Of a stretch of 64,000 nucleotides of DNA, positions 48,536-56,354 are shown one piece after another. A program made the position numbers and the translations under genes. Numbering within the stretch: position 1 is the stretch's first letter; every line of letters starts with the position of its first letter. Source of the DNA: a virus (Duplodnaviria; Caudoviricetes); the IMG/VR virus record IMGVR_UViG_2773857666_000003, positions 7,870 to 71,869 of that record. One strand, given 5' to 3'. Under the pieces are notes generated by a model. That model was given only the letters and a program-made list of their open reading frames with translations, ran no database searches and was not told where the DNA came from.

Positions 48536-49270
48536 TCAGCGAACCCAATAGGTTTCGCCTTTCCATTCAATCGACGTATAATCTTGTTTCAGCGCATCGG
48601 CTGCCGCTTCCCAGTCGATAAACGTATTGGGCCAGCTTGAGTCTTTATCAATGGCGCCGATGTCGCTTGCCAATTCTTGCGCATATTCCGTGAAATAGGA
48701 GTCGGCTATCAATGTGGCGCCGTAAAGCCAATCGCCACCATAGGACTCGCCGTCACTATTCAATTCTCGCAACGCGACATACTCAGAAACAATATCGTTT
48801 TTCTCCGCCTCCCATTCATCGGAACCTTCAGGCATGCCGCGATTAAAATCCGCGTCTACAGCAACGGGATCGACTCCCATGGCGACAACGGCCGCGCGGT
48901 AAATCTCACACGCGGCGATAACATCCCGCGAGTCTATGATGTCGCCGCCGATGTCCGGCGCATCCGAGACGTCTGGCGCTTCGCCTAAAGCCGCGCCATC
49001 CAATCGGTCTAGGATTGCCTCCAGCTCCGCCACGATATCAGCGGGAACCGGCTGCAGGTGGAATTCATCCCAGATGTCGCAAAGCCGTTCAACATCGGAT
49101 TCCCCTTCGCCTGCCTGGCGAACGGAGTCGACAACCTGGCCCGTTCCTCCGTCTATCGTTCCGCAGATAGACAGTTGCGGCGCTTCCCCTTCGCGCCGCA
49201 ACCGACGCGGCGTTTCCGCTTCAATGTCGACGCGGATTCCGTTGACGGTAAACCTGATTTTCCGTTCCAT
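48536..49270 (-). CDS. Acidic protein, possible ArdA-like antirestriction factor
   Basis: D/E-rich; C-terminal FTEYAQELASDIG...FIDWEAAADALKQDY resembles the ArdA C-terminal domain. Confidence 0.6.
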   Translation of the reverse strand: MERKIRFTVNGIRVDIEAETPRRLRREGEAPQLSICGTIDGGTGQVVDSVRQAGEGESDVERLCDIWDEFHLQPVPADIVAELEAILDRLDGAALGEAPDVSDAPDIGGDIIDSRDVIAACEIYRAAVVAMGVDPVAVDADFNRGMPEGSDEWEAEKNDIVSEYVALRELNSDGESYGGDWLYGATLIADSYFTEYAQELASDIGAIDKDSSWPNTFIDWEAAADALKQDYTSIEWKGETYWVR

Positions 49271-49306
49271 CTCAATTACTCCCCATAATCTCGTATAACG
49301 TGACTG

Positions 49307-49444
49307 TTAACCCAGTGGATTGACCGCCAGATGCATGACTTCGATTGCCTGCAGCACGGCCGGAACGATAATCTCCAGCGTGCCAATGGCCACGATTGCA
49401 GCCCAGCAATAGGCCAGCGTGGCGCCGTTAAACCATTTTTCCAT
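49307..49444 (-). CDS. Small membrane peptide
   Basis: 45-aa hydrophobic ORF read by hand, with RBS and its own promoter. Confidence 0.55.
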   Translation of the reverse strand: MEKWFNGATLAYCWAAIVAIGTLEIIVPAVLQAIEVMHLAVNPLG

Positions 49445-49464
49445 TTCGACTCGCTCCTCTGTTT

Positions 49465-49519
49465 TCAACTGTTAGTTGAATAAGCGAAACCGGCCGCTGA
49501 GTCACGTGTTAGTTGATTC
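49465..49519 (-). promoter_or_regulatory. Leftward promoter flanked by two 15-bp boxes
   Basis: TCAACTGTTAGTTGA (49465), TCACGTGTTAGTTGA (49502); GTGACT-N17-TATTCA. Confidence 0.65.
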
Positions 49520-49532
49520 TACTGGTGCGATT

Positions 49533-49850
49533 TTATGGTCGCAAGGTCGCTTTTCGAATGGCCGCGTCAATCTGCCGTAGCAACGCGCCGTCCGGTTGCG
49601 AGATGATTGCCACAACGTCGCGGGCTACCTGTAACGCGGCAAGCATTTCCGGGCCAGCCGTCATTAGAAGCCTATCCGATTCCGTATCAGAGCCACCCAT
49701 AGCGGACCAAAGCGACACAACGGAAATAGGCATAATTTCATCTTCACCGCCCATTGTGACGGGATCTGTGGTGGCGCCTTGCACGTATGCGCGGCTGATG
49801 ATGGCAACGCGGTCTGCATCGTATTCCCATGGTCCTGGCGTGTGTGACAT
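49533..49850 (-). CDS. Hypothetical protein
   Basis: HTPGPW...AGPEMLAAL...AAIRKA pattern common in phage early proteins. Confidence 0.75.
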   Translation of the reverse strand: MSHTPGPWEYDADRVAIISRAYVQGATTDPVTMGGEDEIMPISVVSLWSAMGGSDTESDRLLMTAGPEMLAALQVARDVVAIISQPDGALLRQIDAAIRKATLRP

Positions 49851-49862
49851 CTCACCATCTCC

Positions 49863-50066
49863 TCACAAACTATCAAAATCATCCACCAACGCGGCAACCG
49901 GTTTCCCGCCACGCCATGACCGCGTCAACACGGTCTGACAGTCGCAGCAGCCGCCGGTTGACGTATATCGTTCGCCGGCATGGCCGCGGCGGCATGGTTC
50001 GCCTATGTATCGCCGGCTTTCGGTTTCGATTGCCTGGCGTCGCGCTGGATGCATCTGGCGCGGCAT
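49863..50066 (-). CDS. Stand-alone Cys/His zinc-binding protein related to the HNH N-termini
   Basis: YIGEPCRRGHAGERYTSTGGCCDC; ends LVDDFDSL. Confidence 0.7.
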   Translation of the reverse strand: MPRQMHPARRQAIETESRRYIGEPCRRGHAGERYTSTGGCCDCQTVLTRSWRGGKPVAALVDDFDSL

Positions 50067-50242
50067 TAGAAACCGCATTCCCGCATAAATTCGCCATGAT
50101 CGAATTGGCACGTTGCCGCGATATCGGTTGCGGCTAGGCGCAAGGCTGCCAACGCGGCGGCACGTTCCTTTTCAGTGCGGCGGCCGATAGCCGTTGCCAT
50201 GCGCGAACGGTTGAACGCTGCTGCGATCGATTCCCGGTTCAT
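50066..50242 (-). CDS. Small hypothetical protein
   Basis: 58-aa ORF read by hand ending FDHGEFMRECGF. Confidence 0.55.
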   Translation of the reverse strand: MNRESIAAAFNRSRMATAIGRRTEKERAAALAALRLAATDIAATCQFDHGEFMRECGF

Positions 50243-50607
50243 GCTGCCTGCTCCACAGTCAGGTTATCGGCTGCGGCGGTCATGGGATGATCTGGACCAA
50301 AGCAATAATTCAATGCGCTGGCCAGATCATCGCGGCGATATGTGGGTGCATCTGCGGCAATCCCCTGCCCATATCCGGACATATGGTAAAACAGCGTCTG
50401 CGTTAGCGTGAACGGCTTTTCAGATCCGTATTGCATGACCGCGTCGTCATAGTTGGAACGCGGGAAACGCTGTATCACCGCAACCGTTTTTCCGGTTTCG
50501 TCCTTCACCAGAAATGACGGCTTGCGGATTGTGTAGGGGCGCGGATGATCACCAAACCTTCCGGCCGATAGGAAACCGCGCGTAGGGGTGAACTGCTGCA
50601 ATTCCAT
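50239..50607 (-). CDS. Hypothetical protein
   Basis: RBS GGGAG; leftward chain. Confidence 0.65.
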   Translation of the reverse strand: MELQQFTPTRGFLSAGRFGDHPRPYTIRKPSFLVKDETGKTVAVIQRFPRSNYDDAVMQYGSEKPFTLTQTLFYHMSGYGQGIAADAPTYRRDDLASALNYCFGPDHPMTAAADNLTVEQAA

Positions 50608-50634
50608 GACTCAGACTCCCGTATTACGTGACTG

Positions 50635-50871
50635 TTAGGCCGGCCAGTTGGCAGCCGTTTCACCATAGGCGCGCTGCCCATATGCAACGGCTTCATAGCG
50701 CCGCTTGAATAGACGCGCGCTGCATTCCCCCTCCGCATAGCAGTAGGAGTCCGCGCCTGGCGTCATCCATGCCAATCGCCATAGATCTGTCATCATGTCG
50801 CGTTTGACGTACAAACGGGCGGACATGTCAGGGACTAGGGCGCCGCGGTCATTGGCTACATGTGGGCGCAT
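50635..50871 (-). CDS. Hypothetical protein
   Basis: Leftward chain. Confidence 0.55.
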   Translation of the reverse strand: MRPHVANDRGALVPDMSARLYVKRDMMTDLWRLAWMTPGADSYCYAEGECSARLFKRRYEAVAYGQRAYGETAANWPA

Positions 50872-50873
50872 GC

Positions 50874-51113
50874 TTATGCCTCCTCGAAATACTGCCGCAG
50901 GGTTTCCGGGCGGAATGCATAGCCATGCGAGATGTGGCCACGCCCTTCACGGTCGATTGTGACATGGCCCGATCGCTGCTGATCAGTGCTGCAGTTGGTT
51001 ACCCAAAAGAGCTGGCCCGGCTTCACTGTGACCGCGCAGCCGCGGCTGCCTGGCGCCTTAAACTGGAAAGCCGCTTTAGCCTTCAGCGTGGCGCCTTGCT
51101 TGTAATGGGTCAT
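50874..51113 (-). CDS. Hypothetical protein
   Basis: First ORF after promoter at 51146-51188. Confidence 0.6.
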   Translation of the reverse strand: MTHYKQGATLKAKAAFQFKAPGSRGCAVTVKPGQLFWVTNCSTDQQRSGHVTIDREGRGHISHGYAFRPETLRQYFEEA

Positions 51114-51145
51114 CCGACTCACTCCCGTTCGTTCCTATGCATTCT

Positions 51146-51188
51146 GAATAAGGGAAACGGGCGGCTGAATCAACTGTTACGTGCATTC
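51146..51188 (-). promoter_or_regulatory. Leftward promoter, near-copy of the one at 49478-49519
   Basis: TTGATT-N17-TATTCA; box TCAACTGTTACGTGC at 51170. Confidence 0.65.
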
Positions 51189-51256
51189 ATTTCACTTATT
51201 CATTGAGAATATCCCTTATTCATGTTGCGAGCTGTCCAGCGGCTGGGCTGCAGGTG

Positions 51257-51289
51257 GCCTATGCTGCGGCTGCCTATGCTGCGGCTGCC
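51257..51289. repeat. 15-bp tandem duplication at HNH stop codon
   Basis: GCCTATGCTGCGGCT x2 followed by GCC. Confidence 0.85.
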
Positions 51290-52041
51290 AGCCCTAACCA
51301 TAGCAGGCGCCCGATATGCCCGTCCCATGGGGTGACCATTGGCACGCCTATGCGCTGCCTGTAGTCTCCATCTGGGATTGCACCTTTCCGGCTGTTGTCC
51401 GGCTTGCATAGCCATTGGATATTGCCGATGTCATTTGATCCGCCTAGCGCCAACGGATACTTATGATCTTTGGTTGGCTTGTACTCAGACCCACAATAGG
51501 CGCATCGGCCACCTTGGCTTAGCAACAGATCGCGCGCGTCCTCATCGGTGTGGCTGCCTGGTGCGGTGCGTTCCCTTTCTCGTCGCAATGCCTTCTTAGC
51601 GGCGATCGATGACAGGCAGCGGGATAGCTTAGCCAATCGCTTTTCTTCCTTCAGTCTCGCTCGCTCGGCTTCGCGCGCCATGTGCCGGGCGGCCCTATCG
51701 CGATCTCGCTGCAGCGCTTGTTGCCGGCGTCGCTCGATGGCTTCAGGCATGGCGGCAGCCTTCGCCCTGACAGATCTTTCACGCGCCGCTTTCTTAACCG
51801 GATCTTCCCGTACCCATAGGCCGGCCCGCTTGGCTTCACGTTTCCGGATGCGCTCGCGTTCCCGCTTTTCCTCGTCTGCGTTGGCGCGCTTCTGTCTCTC
51901 ATACTCCAGGCCGCATTGGTGGCACTGCTTATTGCTGGTGCGCTTCACGTTGCCATGGCCCGGCTTAGGGCATGCGTTGGCGCCGTAGTAGTGAGGCAGG
52001 TCGAATAGCCGCGCGTCTTCTCTGTCTGATCCGATGGTCAT
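51274..52041 (-). CDS. HNH endonuclease with N-terminal Cys/His zinc-binding motif
   Basis: CAYCG...DHKYPLALGGSNDIGNIQWLCKPDNSRKG; YYGANACPKPGH...CHQC. Confidence 0.9.
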   Translation of the reverse strand: MTIGSDREDARLFDLPHYYGANACPKPGHGNVKRTSNKQCHQCGLEYERQKRANADEEKRERERIRKREAKRAGLWVREDPVKKAARERSVRAKAAAMPEAIERRRQQALQRDRDRAARHMAREAERARLKEEKRLAKLSRCLSSIAAKKALRRERERTAPGSHTDEDARDLLLSQGGRCAYCGSEYKPTKDHKYPLALGGSNDIGNIQWLCKPDNSRKGAIPDGDYRQRIGVPMVTPWDGHIGRLLWLGLAAAA

Positions 52042-52166
52042 ACGTGGCCAGTATCACTCGTTACGTGACTTCTCAACAGGAGGCGCGTGGCGCTGAGCCT
52101 GCAATCCCTTATTCAATTAGCTTATTCACGTTGCAGGGCTGCCGAGATGCATGGTCGCGTTGTTGT

Positions 52167-52234
52167 TAAGTCATTGATTTCGTTGGGTCCCTGGTAGCGA
52201 AAAACGGGGTCGGGTGCGTGGCGCTGAGCCGCGG
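52167..52234 (+). other. Candidate cos packaging site
   Basis: IHF consensus (AATCAATGACTTA, minus strand, 52167-52179), cosQ-like GGGTCCC (52185-52191), 12-mer GTGGCGCTGAGC (52218-52229) followed by CGCGG as in lambda cos. Confidence 0.55.
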
Positions 52235-52307
52235 AAAAACAGACATGTCAAATCACGCTAGGGGCCTGACGCAAGTTTTCCGGAATAAGGGTTATGGGGC
52301 TGACGCC

Positions 52308-52620
52308 GTGAACAGGTGAACAGCCGCCTTTTTGACCCTGTTCGCGCTGTAACCCGCAGAAAACCGTGAGTTTGAACAGGTGAACAGGTGAACAGGATTT
52401 ATATATAAGTTGTCGAAATGAAGCCGGTCAGAAAGCCCGTGAGGGCGACCCCGTGGAAGGTGTCCGGAGAGGGTGCCAGACGAGAAGTCTTCTAGAAAAC
52501 CTGTGATTCCTGTGATCCTGTTCACTTTGCCCCAAAACCCTAGGATTTCTGCGGGGTTGCGGGTGAACAGCTTTTTGAACAGGGTGGTGAACAGGTTCCG
52601 TACAGGGGTTAAAAAGGCAC
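52308..52620. repeat. Candidate replication origin with TGAACAG iterons
   Basis: At least 8 direct copies of (G/T)TGAACAG plus an inverted copy, AT-rich ATTTATATATAAGTT, flanking inverted repeats; just downstream of the primase-helicase. Confidence 0.65.
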
Positions 52621-52664
52621 AAAAAAGGGGTCTTTCGACCCCGATTTCGCCGCAACTCGTTTCA

Positions 52665-55121
52665 TTAAGTGCGAGAAATATGACCCCGATATCCGCCTCG
52701 ATCGTATGCTCGCTGGCGACCATATTGCGGGAAGTTGGTCAGTCGACCGTCCGCCGCCCAACCCTCAATCTTGCTCATCGCGCGACCGAGCATCTGAGCG
52801 ACCTGCTGGTTGTAGTGACCGCGATCCTTGCGCAGGCACTCGACCCAAATTTCCAGCAGGCAGGTCTCGTTGCGATAGACCGGCTGCCCGTCTGCGCTGA
52901 AGTCGTCATCGAGGTCACCGCTGATGATCGGCTTTTCGAGCCATGCGGCAATCTCACCGGCAAGAGCGTCATCGGCGCTCTCGACGCGAGCGGACTCCTG
53001 TAGCCGTGCGGCAATACCCTGGGCGTCCTCGTCAGTCAGATAGAGCGGAAGCATGCCGTGTGGCTTGGCTTTGCGCATCTGCTTGTAGAGAACCAGCGCC
53101 TCAGCCCACAACTGGTCAACCTCTTCGCCGAGCAGATCAGTGTCGATGGAATCCACCGTGCAGCGGATTGGCCAGAACCGCCGGTTACCGGTGTCGTCCT
53201 TCAGGAACTTGTCGTCATTGGTCGAGCCGATGAAGATGCACTGGCGATGGTATTCCTGCGCCCGTTTCGCGTAGGCGAGGCGAACCTTGTCCGACCGGCG
53301 GCTGACAAACGCTTTGATGTGGCGGACGTCGGCACGCACAAAGCCGCCCAACTCCGGCATTTCCAAAATCCAGGCACCCTGCATGGCCTCAACCATGGCA
53401 CGGGCATCCTCGAAGTCGCCTTCCAGTTCGGCAAACCAGTTTTTGGCCAACACCTGGATGAAGGTCGATTTGCGTTTACCCTGTAGACCCTGGAGGATCA
53501 CGGCGAAATCGAACTTGCAGCCCGGCTCCATGACGCGAGCCACCCCGGCCGTCATCATGACGCGGGCCACGGAACGCGTGTAGGCGTCATCCGGGGCACC
53601 AAGGTAGTCGATGAACAGTCGCTCGACGCGCGGCTTCCCATCCCATGTCAGTTCGGAGAGGTATGACCGGACGGGATGGAAGCCGTTGAGCCTACCGACG
53701 ATGTCGATGGCTGCCCGCAGGTCGCGATCGGGAACCTTGAACCCGTAGCCGCCCTGCGTCTTAGGCGCCTCGATGACGGCGCGGATGGCGTTGTCCTTGT
53801 CCTCGGTCCAGAAGTCACCGTTGATTGGATCGTAGAGGTTCCACGACGGACCTTTGAGCTGACAGAATGGCTTGGCCTGACCCTTGCGCTTTGGATCTTT
53901 GATGCCTGGCTTCCCGTACTGGACGACTTCCTGCTTGAACTCGTTAAAGGCAGGCACGCCACGGGTGCGGATGTCGTTCTCAACAATTAATCTGAGATTG
54001 TGGAGCGTCGGGCGGTAGCCGCCGTCCTCTGTATAGTCGATCAGCGACTTCCAGGGCAGCACCCCATCATCGTCATCCGGCCCGCCGTCCCAATCGTTGT
54101 CGTTTGCCGACGACTCGGCAGCGATGTCATCGAAATCGTCGTGCCCTGCGTCGATATCGTCATCCTCGAGGTCGTCAAACTCATCGGCGAGGCTGGCACG
54201 CTTCACGTCATTGGCAGCCGCCTTCAGCGTAGCCATGCGAATCGGTCGCTTGGTCTTTCCCTTGAACGATTTCCAGACAGCCCGCTGGTCTTTGCCGTCG
54301 AACTTGGTCGACTGCTTGGAAAACTCCTCCCATAGATCGTAACCAGCATCCCCGAACTCGTGCTTCAGCGCCATGCCGACTTCGCGCCACCCGTCACGGT
54401 CTTCGCACCAGTAGTCGAGCGGGAGCAGCGCAAGAATGTCGCGGGCTTCGTCCTCGGTCAGTTCTAGGCGGTTATCGTTCGCCTCGAAATCGTCATCCGG
54501 GTCGGTGGCGGCACCAGCAGCGTCCAGCGCGTCGGCCGGGATCTCCGGAACATCGCCGAACTCGATGGCATCGAAGTCGAACGGACGCTCCCAGCGGTAC
54601 GGCTTGCCGGTGTCCGGATGGATCGACGGCGGCATGGCGACCTGTTTCGGGGCACCGAACAGCTCGATTTCCCAGTCGTGCTTGCGCACCTCGCGACCCT
54701 TCTTCGGGTCGAACACCATCGACCAGCCCTCGCTGCGGGCCAGCTTTTTCGACCGAAACGGGCGATCGGTGACGAAATAGATGTGCCGCGACTCGCCGCC
54801 TGACCCCGAAATGACCGACGGCAGCGCGTCGAACCGGACGTCGGGCAGCAGGCAGCGCAGCGTCTTCCAGGCGGCGGCTGCCTGCTCAGGTTTCCGGATA
54901 TCGAGGTCGAGAACGTGGAGGTAGCCGCCCGCAACTCGCGAAAACTCTCCGAGTCGCACGCCGACGTTGTTGTCAGCCTGAAACCGGCGCTTCAGCGAAT
55001 CGAAGGATGCGACAGGACGTTCCTGCCAGTTGTCGCCAATGGGTCGCTTGTCGCGCGGATGCAGCCAATGAATGGCAAATCCGCCGTCGACGAACGGCTT
55101 TATCGTTTCGAGAAGGCTCAT
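52665..55121 (-). CDS. Primase-helicase (Prim-Pol, PriCT-2, VapE/VirE helicase)
   Basis: NVGVRLG..VLDLD..SGSGG..HIYF..PPSIHPDTG; WREVGMALK; GLQGKRKST, FIGSTN...DDTGNRRFWP. Confidence 0.92.
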   Translation of the reverse strand: MSLLETIKPFVDGGFAIHWLHPRDKRPIGDNWQERPVASFDSLKRRFQADNNVGVRLGEFSRVAGGYLHVLDLDIRKPEQAAAAWKTLRCLLPDVRFDALPSVISGSGGESRHIYFVTDRPFRSKKLARSEGWSMVFDPKKGREVRKHDWEIELFGAPKQVAMPPSIHPDTGKPYRWERPFDFDAIEFGDVPEIPADALDAAGAATDPDDDFEANDNRLELTEDEARDILALLPLDYWCEDRDGWREVGMALKHEFGDAGYDLWEEFSKQSTKFDGKDQRAVWKSFKGKTKRPIRMATLKAAANDVKRASLADEFDDLEDDDIDAGHDDFDDIAAESSANDNDWDGGPDDDDGVLPWKSLIDYTEDGGYRPTLHNLRLIVENDIRTRGVPAFNEFKQEVVQYGKPGIKDPKRKGQAKPFCQLKGPSWNLYDPINGDFWTEDKDNAIRAVIEAPKTQGGYGFKVPDRDLRAAIDIVGRLNGFHPVRSYLSELTWDGKPRVERLFIDYLGAPDDAYTRSVARVMMTAGVARVMEPGCKFDFAVILQGLQGKRKSTFIQVLAKNWFAELEGDFEDARAMVEAMQGAWILEMPELGGFVRADVRHIKAFVSRRSDKVRLAYAKRAQEYHRQCIFIGSTNDDKFLKDDTGNRRFWPIRCTVDSIDTDLLGEEVDQLWAEALVLYKQMRKAKPHGMLPLYLTDEDAQGIAARLQESARVESADDALAGEIAAWLEKPIISGDLDDDFSADGQPVYRNETCLLEIWVECLRKDRGHYNQQVAQMLGRAMSKIEGWAADGRLTNFPQYGRQRAYDRGGYRGHISRT

Positions 55122-55147
55122 ACACCCGCCTGCAGGTTAGAGTGCGA

Positions 55148-55468
55148 TCAGGCGGCGTTGGTGTAGACGAACTTATCGAAGTCCCTGCGTTCGGGCAGCG
55201 GGCGACCCGCGGCAATCAAAAGGGAAGCGTTCGGCTCGGAGCAGGCCAGCTTGCGAATCGCGTCGGCGTTATGGGGGGCCAGCTTCGATTTGCGCAGGAA
55301 CGCGTAGACGCGCTCGTGGCTGAGTTCGAGGTCATTGGCGAGCCGTTTCACATCGAGAAACTGGCAGAGCGTCCGGTGTTCCGGGAACAGGTCGAGCAGA
55401 TACTGATAGAGCGGCAGTTCCTTCCAGGGCTGGTTGCCGAGGCGGGATTTCGCGGGCGAATTTGTCAT
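55148..55468 (-). CDS. Putative HTH DNA-binding protein (Cro-like position)
   Basis: VKRLANDLELSHERVYAFL; next to a box-bearing divergent promoter. Confidence 0.6.
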   Translation of the reverse strand: MTNSPAKSRLGNQPWKELPLYQYLLDLFPEHRTLCQFLDVKRLANDLELSHERVYAFLRKSKLAPHNADAIRKLACSEPNASLLIAAGRPLPERRDFDKFVYTNAA

Positions 55469-55539
55469 CAGGGTCTCCGTGATTTCGGTGTCACCGTAGC
55501 CGAGGGCCGTGCCAAATTCAATATACGCGTGTTTTTAAA

Positions 55540-55554
55540 TCACGTAGTAGTTGA
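55540..55554. promoter_or_regulatory. 15-bp box in divergent promoter of the replication module
   Basis: TCACGTAGTAGTTGA. Confidence 0.6.
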
Positions 55555-55637
55555 TTATTGAACGGTGACGTGTCTATATGAGTGCGACTCGCCGGTGACC
55601 GGTGAGGGGACACATCCAGATTAGGGACCACCGACAC

Positions 55638-56225
55638 ATGAGCATCGAAACGCTGCTGCAGGAGAACACTGCCGCTGTTCTGACCCTCGCTGAAGCCATC
55701 AAGGCGCAGACCGCAATCACGGAACGCGTGGTTTTGGGTCAGCAGGCTGCCATCGAGAAGCTGGAAGGCGCCAAGGCTGCCGCGACCGGCACCCGCACTC
55801 GCCGCAAGGCCGGTGACGATGCCCCGTCGACGCCCGCCGCTGAGGATGCGGGAAACGCCGCACCTGCCGACACGGCGTCTGGGGCGGCCGTTGCAAGCAA
55901 TGCATCTGAGCCGAAGACCAATGCGGTTCTCGACGCAGACGGCATGAAGGCGCTGTGTGGCGCGTTCACCAAGGCTGCCGCTGACGATGCCGACCGTGCC
56001 GCGCGCGTTGCTTGGCTCAAGTCCCTGGCGGGCTACTTCTTTCCGAACGGCGATGTCGTCGGCACCGCGGCACTGGTCGCCACGCCCGACAACGCGAAGA
56101 AGGCAGAGTTCTTCATCGAGCGCAAGAAGGCCGGTCTCGATGTCGATTTCGGTGCGGAATACGACTTCGACGGCGACCCGAAGCAGGAAGTGGCTTCGAC
56201 CGGTGGCGGTGACGATTTCGACTGA
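55638..56225 (+). CDS. Ala-rich hypothetical protein of the replication module
   Basis: MSIETLLQENTAAV start; ends GGGDDFD. Confidence 0.75.
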   Translation: MSIETLLQENTAAVLTLAEAIKAQTAITERVVLGQQAAIEKLEGAKAAATGTRTRRKAGDDAPSTPAAEDAGNAAPADTASGAAVASNASEPKTNAVLDADGMKALCGAFTKAAADDADRAARVAWLKSLAGYFFPNGDVVGTAALVATPDNAKKAEFFIERKKAGLDVDFGAEYDFDGDPKQEVASTGGGDDFD

Positions 56226-56231
56226 TCGGGC

Positions 56232-56260
56232 GCGGGGCAGCCTGGAAGCTGCCCCGTTTC
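56232..56260 (+). terminator. Rho-independent terminator
   Basis: GCGGGGCAGC-CTGGAA-GCTGCCCCGT-TTC. Confidence 0.65.
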
Positions 56261-56354
56261 CGGTGAGGGATGGTAACGGGACGTTCCGCGTGTTCCGGTC
56301 CGGGTTTCGATAGCCCACGGTTGCCGCCCCTCTCCAGAAACGACGGAGAATGTC

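Noticed and set aside
52561-52595. GAAC repeats as LexA boxes
   Set aside because: Spacing is N8, not N7, and they belong to the TGAACAG iteron array.
56262-56336. tRNA gene (T-arm-like hairpin and CCA end)
   Set aside because: No D arm or anticodon arm in cloverleaf spacing; kept only as a candidate structured RNA.
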